Shown here: positions 1 to 6,319 of the stretch, piece by piece
Layout: each line of letters starts with the position of its first letter
Position numbering within the stretch: the stretch's first letter is position 1
DNA from: a bacterium
Lineage (GTDB): Bacteria; Eisenbacteria; RBG-16-71-46
Assembly: GCA_043779265.1 (NCBI GenBank)
Contig: JAYWEM010000189.1
Span: 1-15,482 of the forward strand
Reading direction: 5' to 3'
Length of the DNA: 15,482 nt
Made by a program: the position numbers and the translations under genes
The notes under the pieces: model-generated
The model's input: the letters and a program-made list of their open reading frames with translations, nothing else
The model's database searches: none
What the model was told of the DNA's origin: nothing

Positions 1-2085
1 CTTCACGTCCTTGTAGTAGGCCGTGATGTCGATGCGGGCCCGATCGCCGACCATGCGCTCGAATCCGACCTCGTAAGCCGTCGTCTGCTCCGGCTTGAGG
101 TTCGGGTTGCCGAATCCGACGAAGTACCCACCCGTGCGGATCTTGTGCTCGAGGAAGCGATACGAGACATAGAGATCCTGCAGGTTCGGCTGCTGGTAGA
201 ACTGCCCGTAGTTGAAACGAAGCTTGGTGCGGTCGTCGACCGGGAACGCGACTCCGAGCCGAGGCGAGATGCGGGCGTAGGTCCTGTTCGCCGCCAACTC
301 GTTCGCCTCGAGCGAGTCCGGACGATCGTCGCCCACGATGCCGAGTGGCCGTGTCTCGCTGACCAACGCCTGGGTATCGACGTTGATGTGATCCATGCGC
401 AGCCCGGCGTTCACGACGACGCCCTCGCGCTCGAACTTATCCTGCACGTAGGCCGACCACGTGCGCGGGTGCTTCGGGCCATCCTGGTCATCGTCGTCGT
501 TCTCGACGAGATCGACGCGCGTGATGTCGCCAAGCGTGTTCCGGATGACCATCAGGTCATAGCCGTACCCGTCCCAGTCCGTCAGGTTCGGGTTCAGGCC
601 ACCCAACTGCACCGGGAAGAAGTGGTTGAAGTAGCGCAGCGTGTGACGCTGGTAGTCCGCACCCGCCTTGATCTGATGGTAGCGATTCACCTGCGATGTG
701 ATGCTGCCCTGGTACCCGACATACGACGAGTTGCGCTGCAGGTAGTCGTCGAACACGTGCCCCGGGCTGAAGAAGACCGGGATGCTCTGGTCGAAGCGCG
801 GGTTCGACGGGCGGTAGTACTCGGCCAGTCGGTCGAAATGCACACCGTCGCCGCGCTTGCGCGTGGTCTCGAACACGCCCGCTGCGACGCTGTAGAACGT
901 CTTGGGCGACAGCACGTGGTTGAGCGTCGCGTTGTACGACGTGTTGCGGTCCACGTACTGCGGCGAGTGATCGAGGTTGAAGAGGTAGACGTGATTGTAC
1001 TCGCGCCAGTTCTCCTCGGAGCCCAGCCCGCTGAACTTCATCGAGATGTTGTCGTTCAGCTGCCAGCCGAGCTTGCCGTTGAACGTGAAGCCGCCCGAGT
1101 GGTTATTGGGCTTGACGTTCTCGTCCAGATTCAACTCGGACAACTGGTCGCGATACGCGTCGGTGAAGAGCGACGGCGCGCGATCGCGCTGCCAGCGCCG
1201 CTCCGACGAGACGAAGAAGCTCATGTTGTCGCGACCCGGCCAGATCGGTCCGCCGAACGAGACGTCATAGACGTTGTAGTCGGTCTTACGCGAACCGACC
1301 CAATCTCCGCCCACGGCGTCCGACACAGCCTCGACTGCACCGGAATACTCATCGGCACCCTCGCGGGTCACGACGTTGACCGCACCCGACATGATGCGAC
1401 CGTACTCGGCGCTGAATCCGCCGGTGAGGACCACGACCTCCTCGATCGAGTTGTTGCTGATCGAGGTGCTGGACGTACCCGTCAGGGGATCCTGCTGCGA
1501 GAACCCATCCACGAAGTACGCGGTCTCATTGGGGCGACCGCCACGGATGATCAGCGTGTTGCCATTCTGCGATTCCGAGTCGATCTGACGGCGGAAGTTC
1601 ACCACACCCGTCTGCTGCGCCGCCGCATCGCGATAACCGCGCGTCGGCAGTTTCTGGATGTCCTCGCTGCTCAGGAACCGCGTCGTTCCCGTCGCATCAC
1701 GCTGGAGCAACGGGCGCTCGGCGTCGACGACGACACCTTCGAGTTGCACGGCCTCGGTGCGGAGCGTCGCGTTGAGTGTGGTGGTGAAGTCCGGCGCGAT
1801 GCCCACGTTCTCCACCGAGTAAGGGGCATAGCCCATGGCGTTCACACGAACCGTGTAGCTGCCGGCTGGAACGCCGAGCACGAAGAACTCGCCGTTCTCG
1901 TCGGTGATGGCACCGAGACGCTGACCATCGATTCGGACGTTCACACCGGGCAGTGGCTGCTTCTTCTCATCCACGATGCGGCCCGTGAGCTTGCCAGTGG
2001 TGCCGGCGAACACGGCGAGCGGGATGAGCAGAGCCGCCGCAGCCAGCACGACCGAACGGATCGTCCCCAGAAGTTTGCGATGCAT
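1..2085 (-). CDS. TonB-dependent receptor with N-terminal carboxypeptidase-regulatory-like domain, plug and beta-barrel (3' end runs off the window)
   Basis: Translated by hand because it has no stop in the window and is missing from the ORF track. ATG at 2085 follows AAAGGAGA. Signal peptide MHRKLLGTIRSVVLAAAALLIPLAVFA. N-domain GTTGKLTGRIVDEKKQPLPGVNVRIDG...TDENGEFFVLGVPAGSYTVRV. Plug IRGGRPNETAYFVDG...IEEVVVLTGGFSAEYGRIMSGAVNVVTREG. Barrel motifs SAYVQDKFE, ISPRLGVAFPV, GNPNLKPEQTTAYEVG, ITAYYKDVK at the window edge. Confidence 0.95.
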   Translation of the reverse strand, partial: MHRKLLGTIRSVVLAAAALLIPLAVFAGTTGKLTGRIVDEKKQPLPGVNVRIDGQRLGAITDENGEFFVLGVPAGSYTVRVNAMGYAPYSVENVGIAPDFTTTLNATLRTEAVQLEGVVVDAERPLLQRDATGTTRFLSSEDIQKLPTRGYRDAAAQQTGVVNFRRQIDSESQNGNTLIIRGGRPNETAYFVDGFSQQDPLTGTSSTSISNNSIEEVVVLTGGFSAEYGRIMSGAVNVVTREGADEYSGAVEAVSDAVGGDWVGSRKTDYNVYDVSFGGPIWPGRDNMSFFVSSERRWQRDRAPSLFTDAYRDQLSELNLDENVKPNNHSGGFTFNGKLGWQLNDNISMKFSGLGSEENWREYNHVYLFNLDHSPQYVDRNTSYNATLNHVLSPKTFYSVAAGVFETTRKRGDGVHFDRLAEYYRPSNPRFDQSIPVFFSPGHVFDDYLQRNSSYVGYQGSITSQVNRYHQIKAGADYQRHTLRYFNHFFPVQLGGLNPNLTDWDGYGYDLMVIRNTLGDITRVDLVENDDDDQDGPKHPRTWSAYVQDKFEREGVVVNAGLRMDHINVDTQALVSETRPLGIVGDDRPDSLEANELAANRTYARISPRLGVAFPVDDRTKLRFNYGQFYQQPNLQDLYVSYRFLEHKIRTGGYFVGFGNPNLKPEQTTAYEVGFERMVGDRARIDITAYYKDVK

Positions 2086-2092
2086 CGGGTTC

Positions 2093-2100
2093 TCTCCTTT
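2093..2100 (-). promoter_or_regulatory. Shine-Dalgarno site of the TonB-dependent receptor
   Basis: AAAGGAGA lies 7 nt upstream of the ATG at 2085. Confidence 0.8.
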
Positions 2101-2299
2101 CAGGCGATGGACCACTCCGCCGACGCATGGGACCCGCGACGACGGTGCATGGTTTTCCTGAACAAGGGGGATCGTGAATGGAGCGTGGGATGGTTGACCG
2201 ACTGGCTTAAGCACAGGAACCCTCCGGCTCCCCTCCGGTTGGAGGAGGGGAACGCCATCCATTGGCGCCAAGGACCGTTTCGGTAGGACCACAGGTCCG

Positions 2300-2329
2300 A
2301 ACCTAGGTCCAGCACTCGACAAGTGTCAA
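2300..2329 (-). promoter_or_regulatory. Putative sigma70-type promoter of the TonB-dependent receptor
   Basis: Perfect TTGACA (2329-2324), 18-nt spacer, TAGGTT (2305-2300). It lies just downstream of the upstream gene's terminator. Confidence 0.6.
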
Positions 2330-2366
2330 CCGGGAGTTCACGAGTGCGGTCGAGCGTCGCCTGGGA

Positions 2367-2403
2367 GCAAACAGAACCGGGGGCGCTTGCGCGCCCCCGG
2401 TTC
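2367..2403 (-). terminator. Intrinsic terminator of the outer-membrane beta-barrel gene
   Basis: Perfect 13-bp stem GAACCGGGGGCGC / GCGCCCCCGGTTC with a GCAA (GNRA) loop on minus, followed by TGTTTG. Starts about 30 nt after the stop codon at 2433. Confidence 0.85.
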
Positions 2404-2432
2404 GGATGCTTCAGGACTGCTGGAACGTCAGC

Positions 2433-3773
2433 TCACCACGCGTACGTGGCCGAGACCTTGGTGGCCATGTTGCTGTTCCACCAGAAGTTGGCATCGTCGC
2501 TGCCCATCGTCTGCGCGACCGGGTTCAGGTAGAACAGGTCGTCCAGAACCGCATCGAACATCAGGCTACCGACCTTGACGCCGGCGCCGATGTTCATACG
2601 GAAGGGCGAATCCTTGAACGTCAGCGTCTGCTGGTCCGTCGGATCCGACGAGTTGTCCTCGACCTTGTACGTGTGCATGACCGTCTTCTGAGCGCCCATG
2701 CGCAGCGTCAGCCACGAGTTGACCTGGCTCTCGAGCGCCATGAACACGTTCGGCATGAGCGTCTCGGTCGCCTGGAACTCGTCCGTGAAGCCGAAGCCGG
2801 ACAGGACGCCGCCATTGAGGCCGAACACGTCGTTCTCGGTGTCGAGCTTGTTCTGCGCGACCTGGACACCCAGCACGAACAGGTCATTCGACCCGAGCGA
2901 CCAGTTGCCGGCCACGCCGAGCTGCCAGCCCGACAGCTTGTTGTCGAACGACGTCGTCGTCGCACCCGAGACCACCTCGTTGGACAGGTCGTAGCTGTAG
3001 AACTTAGCGACCGGAACGACCAGCACGTTCGGCTGCCACTTCCACATCATGCGACCCTGGACGAGGTACGTCGTGCCACCGTTGTCCTGGTAGGAGTTCG
3101 TGACCGCGCCCACGGTCGACGAGTTCTCGAACGTACGGGTCTGGTACAGGACCGAGACTTCCGTCGCGCAATTCTCGTTCATCTCGAAGCCCATGCCGGC
3201 GCCGATGCCGAACACGTTGCGAGCCAGGTTCTCATCGCCCTGGTTCAGCGTGCCGGGACCATCCGCCTCGAAGAGCGTCGTGACGCCCGGGAGCTCGTCC
3301 TCGATCGACATGAACGAACGGTTCAGACGCAGCCCGAACGACGTCGAGCCGAAGTTACGGCCCCACATGATGTCGAACTGCTCGTTGCCGTTGCTGTTGA
3401 TGTCATTGCCGCCAACGCCCGGGTTCGCACCCGTCATCTGGTCGCCCTGACCCAGCGACGGGGTCTCCTCACGCAGGTGGATGCCCCACGTGCCGAAGCG
3501 GCCATCCCACAGGTTCGTGAGGACGGCGCCCATCGCGCGCTCGTAGCTGTACGGGTTGCTGCTGTTCAGGTTGACGAGATCGTTGCCGAGCTCGCCGTAC
3601 ACGAGGTTGCCGACACCCGTCAGCGACGAGGGCCAGCCGTAGATCGCCGTGTAGTCCTTCGTGTAGTCACCCGGCAGGGCCATGCCCTGGAGACGGGACG
3701 TCGAGGCGTGGGCCAGGACCGGAAGGATGGCCAGCGTCGCCACCGCAACCGCGATACGCATGAAACTCTTCAT
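2433..3773 (-). CDS. Outer-membrane beta-barrel protein (porin-like, FadL/OmpP1/PorV-like N-terminal hatch motif), 446 aa, candidate major outer-membrane protein
   Basis: ATG at 3773 is 9 nt after AAGGAGG; the ORF-track start at 3833 is probably too long. Signal peptide MKSFMRIAVAVATLAILPVLAHA. SRLQGMALPGDYTKDYTAIYGWPSSL resembles the R-x-x-GMG...D...I...P-x-x-L hatch start of FadL/PorV-type barrels. Amphipathic strands throughout and a C-terminal beta-signal KVSATYAW. Confidence 0.85.
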   Translation of the reverse strand: MKSFMRIAVAVATLAILPVLAHASTSRLQGMALPGDYTKDYTAIYGWPSSLTGVGNLVYGELGNDLVNLNSSNPYSYERAMGAVLTNLWDGRFGTWGIHLREETPSLGQGDQMTGANPGVGGNDINSNGNEQFDIMWGRNFGSTSFGLRLNRSFMSIEDELPGVTTLFEADGPGTLNQGDENLARNVFGIGAGMGFEMNENCATEVSVLYQTRTFENSSTVGAVTNSYQDNGGTTYLVQGRMMWKWQPNVLVVPVAKFYSYDLSNEVVSGATTTSFDNKLSGWQLGVAGNWSLGSNDLFVLGVQVAQNKLDTENDVFGLNGGVLSGFGFTDEFQATETLMPNVFMALESQVNSWLTLRMGAQKTVMHTYKVEDNSSDPTDQQTLTFKDSPFRMNIGAGVKVGSLMFDAVLDDLFYLNPVAQTMGSDDANFWWNSNMATKVSATYAW

Positions 3774-3782
3774 GAGGGACTG

Positions 3783-3789
3783 CCTCCTT
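3783..3789 (-). promoter_or_regulatory. Shine-Dalgarno site of the beta-barrel gene
   Basis: AAGGAGG lies 9 nt upstream of the ATG at 3773. Confidence 0.85.
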
Positions 3790-3923
3790 GCGAATAAAAG
3801 GTCAGAGCTGCGATTCCACGGGCCAGTGGTCAACGGGACGAAGACCGCTGGTGATACGAAGTGGTCTCAGCCCCACCTCCTTTCGCGTCCGTGCAGATGT
3901 GCTACGGAACCCTGTGACACACC

Positions 3924-3954
3924 AAAAGCTCCTTCCCATTCCCTGCGAAGGAGC
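3924..3954 (-). terminator. Terminator-like hairpin (end of the GWxTD/NlpC transcript and/or attenuator in the beta-barrel leader)
   Basis: GCTCCTTC-gcagggaatgg-GAAGGAGC, an 8-bp perfect stem extendable by CA/TG, followed by TTTTGG on minus. Confidence 0.5.
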
Positions 3955-4014
3955 CGCGTCGAAGAAGATCCAAGACCTCGCTGGATAGCGTGGCCTGACA
4001 TTCGTCCGAACGGG

Positions 4015-4043
4015 AAACTAGGAATGCGGCCCGATGCTGTCAA
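4015..4043 (-). promoter_or_regulatory. Putative sigma70-type promoter of the beta-barrel gene
   Basis: TTGACA (4043-4038, overlapping the NlpC/P60 TGA stop), 17-nt spacer, TAGTTT (4020-4015). Confidence 0.65.
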
Positions 4044-4906
4044 GCGGATTCCTGTCTCTTCCGGGAACTTATTCTCATGTCCAGGGGTATGGACGCGGTC
4101 GCCCTTGGGCGAGCCCAGCCCCGGAACTGCCTCGAGAGCGCCTCGGAGAACAGCGGCGATGCAGAATCGAGCGACTCGATACGGACGAGCGCTCGTGAAT
4201 GGGCGAAGTACATGCCCCCCAACGCGATACCGACATGAGTGCGACGCGCGCGGGGGGATGTGCTGAAGAAGGCGAGGTCGCCTTCGCGTGCCGATGCCCC
4301 CGAATCGAGGAGTTCGCACGCCTTCCACTGGTCGTGGGCGTCTCGCGGCAGGGCGGTGCCCTGTTCACCCAGGACCAGCTGGACCAGCCCGGAGCAGTCG
4401 AGGCCCGCGGGTGTCCGCCCGCCCCAGAGATAGGGCACTCCAAGCAGAGTGCGGATGCGCTCGACCAACGAGATACGCGGGCCGCGCGGGCTCTCGAGGG
4501 CCGCCGCAGCCACCCATCCGCGGCGGGCATCCGGCAGTTCCACGGCCCGGAACCCGGCGCGACTCGGGCCTGGGATCACATGGGAGCCGAGGAAGAGCGG
4601 ACCCACGGCTGTCGTGGAGCCAGGTTCGGCCTGGATCGATGCGATCGGGATCCGAACCCGCACGGTGGCGAGCCTCGCCCAGCGGCGGGCTCGAATCGCT
4701 CCGCATGGCGCGAGACCCCACTGCCGGACCCAACCGGCATAGCCGTCGACCGCGGAGCGCACGCGCACCCAACCGGCGCGATCGCGGCCGAGCCGCTCGA
4801 CGACCTCGCCCATCAGCAATTGCGAGCCCATCTCGGCCCGATGATCCGGTCGCACGCGCAGGTCGAGCGAGGACAGCGTGACCACTCCGTGCGTCTCCAG
4901 CTTCAC
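4040..4906 (-). CDS. SH3b + NlpC/P60 (C40) cysteine peptidase, YkfC/dipeptidyl-peptidase VI-like, 288 aa
   Basis: GTG start at 4906 overlaps the GWxTD stop (GTGA). SH3b-like LDLRVRPDHRAEMGSQLLMGEVV...WVRVRSAVDGYAGWV and a second SH3-like segment VELPDARRGWV. Catalytic LGVPYLWGGRTPAGLDCSGLVQ, GDLAFF, THVGI, FAHS (Cys-His-His). No signal peptide seen. Confidence 0.9.
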   Translation of the reverse strand: MKLETHGVVTLSSLDLRVRPDHRAEMGSQLLMGEVVERLGRDRAGWVRVRSAVDGYAGWVRQWGLAPCGAIRARRWARLATVRVRIPIASIQAEPGSTTAVGPLFLGSHVIPGPSRAGFRAVELPDARRGWVAAAALESPRGPRISLVERIRTLLGVPYLWGGRTPAGLDCSGLVQLVLGEQGTALPRDAHDQWKACELLDSGASAREGDLAFFSTSPRARRTHVGIALGGMYFAHSRALVRIESLDSASPLFSEALSRQFRGWARPRATASIPLDMRISSRKRQESA

Positions 4907-6165
4907 TCGTTCACCGGTTGGATCAGCGCGTAGCGACCGAAGCCCTCGCGATCGGCGAAGATGTACCGGCGGTGGGGCTGATGATAGGTCCAGATCTCGA
5001 GCGCCGGCGACTGGGCCGACGCCGATCGCTGCTCGACCTGGTCGGCCGGGCCATGCCGGATGTAGATCCGCCCCATATCGGACCTCCAACCCGGTCCGAA
5101 GCCCTGGAAATTCTGCTCGGCGTGGTGCAATCGCCGGAAGAACTCGAGTTGGAACTCATTGCGCGGGGTGTCCGGGGTCGGGTCCCGGCGACGCCAGAAC
5201 GCCTCCCAGGCAGCGGCCTGCTCCACCTCACTCCGAAGGACGCGCATCGGGTCGACCTCGCCATCCGAGGCGATGTAGGAGAGCGCTTCGAGCAGCGTCT
5301 CGTAGGCCTTGCCACGCGGAGGACCGCTCTCCTCGACTTCGAAGGAGCGCGTCGTACGGTGGCGCTCCCGCCCTTCGCGCAACTCCACCTCGAACTGGTG
5401 CAGTCCGACCAGGAAGTCGGCTCGTTCGGGCTTGATGAACACGGGCTCGGCCGAGCGCACGAGCGAGACCAGGGTGTCGCCCTCGGCGAGCACGTCACCG
5501 CCCGCTTCGAGGATCCGATAGCGGAAGCGATAGCTCCTCGGCCAGTCACCGGGCCTTCGATCGAACAGAACGGCGCGCGCCGCCAGGCTGGCACTCTCGG
5601 GTCCGAATCGCCGCGTCGGGTTCGCGTGGAACCCAAGCGAATCCTGCGCCCCCAACTGCAGATCGGCGAAGCCGACCGGCAGGCTCCTCACATCCGCCAG
5701 CCTCAAGTGATCCTCGGCCATCGACTCCGCCTCGGAATCGAGATCGCGAACGCTTACCCGGACACGATAGCGCCCGGGCGGGGGGTCGAAACGCCGTGTC
5801 ACGACGAGTTGGTAACGGGAACTCGTGGTCAGCGCGTATCGGTCGATGCGAAGCTGTCGTTGCCAGGAATCACCGTAGAGGCGGTCCCCGCGCTCCGGCT
5901 GGAGCTCGACCGAGAAGCCCACGCCGCTCCCGAACCCTCCCTCGCCGCGGCTCCAGCTGAGCTCCGTATAGGGGACCGTGATGGTGATCCCGACCGAGGA
6001 TCGGCCCGTCGAGTCGACGTCGACTGAGACGTCCGCGCTGAAGAACGGGGCGTGGAGCGGCCGCAGCGGGGGCACCTCCACGGCATGGAGCGCGGTCACC
6101 GAACAGCAGAGAGCCGCACCGACCAGGAAGGAAACGATGCCGTGCGATCTCGAAAGGGCGCTCAC
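4903..6165 (-). CDS. GWxTD domain-containing exported protein, about 420 aa
   Basis: C-terminal LSYIAS...FWRRRDPTPDTPRNEFQLEFFRRLHHAEQNF...GWRSDMGRIYIRHGPAD...EIWTY...YIFADREGFGRY is the GWxTD (TIGR04514-type) signature. Two beta-sandwich-like N-terminal domains (PPGRYRVRVSVRD). Probable signal peptide ending VTALHA. The start is uncertain: GTG 6165 preferred, TTG 6210 alternative. Confidence 0.9.
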   Translation of the reverse strand: MSALSRSHGIVSFLVGAALCCSVTALHAVEVPPLRPLHAPFFSADVSVDVDSTGRSSVGITITVPYTELSWSRGEGGFGSGVGFSVELQPERGDRLYGDSWQRQLRIDRYALTTSSRYQLVVTRRFDPPPGRYRVRVSVRDLDSEAESMAEDHLRLADVRSLPVGFADLQLGAQDSLGFHANPTRRFGPESASLAARAVLFDRRPGDWPRSYRFRYRILEAGGDVLAEGDTLVSLVRSAEPVFIKPERADFLVGLHQFEVELREGRERHRTTRSFEVEESGPPRGKAYETLLEALSYIASDGEVDPMRVLRSEVEQAAAWEAFWRRRDPTPDTPRNEFQLEFFRRLHHAEQNFQGFGPGWRSDMGRIYIRHGPADQVEQRSASAQSPALEIWTYHQPHRRYIFADREGFGRYALIQPVNE

Positions 6166-6175
6166 GATGGCGGGG

Positions 6176-6184
6176 AACCTAGCA
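6176..6184 (-). promoter_or_regulatory. Putative extended -10 promoter (TG-n-TAGGTT) for the GWxTD-NlpC/P60 operon
   Basis: TGCTAGGTT lies 10 nt upstream of GTG 6165. No SD and no well-spaced -35 visible. Confidence 0.4.
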
Positions 6185-6319
6185 CACGCGGCCCGCCCTC
6201 CCACTGGCAAGGCCCCCTTGATTCGCCCATCTGGTGTGCTTGACGCGCAGCAGGGCAGATGGCCTCATAGAGGGAGCCGGGCCGGCCCTTCCTCACGGGA
6301 AGCAGGTGATCTCCTGTCC

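Noticed and set aside
2103..2150. GGCGATGG...CCGCC resembling the start of a fluoride riboswitch
   Set aside because: It is on the wrong strand for the adjacent gene, lacks the GCTGATGAC-CCTAC 3' part, and no fluoride-related gene is present.
145..2286. 713-aa plus-strand ORF
   Set aside because: It is the antisense shadow of the TonB-dependent receptor. The V/R/D/H-rich composition is what the reverse complement of strongly biased codons gives, and it has no motifs or RBS.
2086..2300. Cobalamin riboswitch upstream of the TonB receptor
   Set aside because: No B12 box or GCCACTG/GGGAAG core is visible.
2406..3797. 463-aa plus-strand ORF
   Set aside because: It is the antisense shadow of the beta-barrel gene and covers almost exactly the same span.
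3800..3880. TPP-riboswitch-like words (GGGGCTGAGA ... CCCGTTGACC) in the porin leader
   Set aside because: The conserved CCTGAT...TAATGC...GCGTAGGGA half is missing and the P2/P3 order does not fit.
4918..6027. 369-aa plus-strand ORF, and likewise the 346-aa (6653-7693), 384-aa (7856-9010), 343-aa (13512-14543) and 290-aa (14586-15458) ORFs
   Set aside because: Each overlaps a well-supported gene in another frame or strand. They are Arg/Pro/Ala-rich with no recognisable motifs, as expected at high GC.
6205..6246. Possible sigma54 -24/-12 promoters (TGGCAAGGCCCCCTTGA and TGGTGTGCTTGACGC; also TGGCCCGTGGAATCGC near 3810-3825 on minus)
   Set aside because: They have the wrong GG-N10-GC spacing or lack the TTGC element.
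6240..6272. TTGACG as -35 of a plus-strand promoter for the M6 gene
   Set aside because: There is no acceptable -10 hexamer at 16-19 nt spacing.
5978..6319. N-terminal extensions given by the ORF track for M6 (5978), and for NlpC/P60 (5089), PrsR (12413), PrsK (14875) and the barrel (3833)
   Set aside because: They overlap neighbouring genes or leaders. The downstream starts have SD sites, stop/start overlaps or proper signal peptides.
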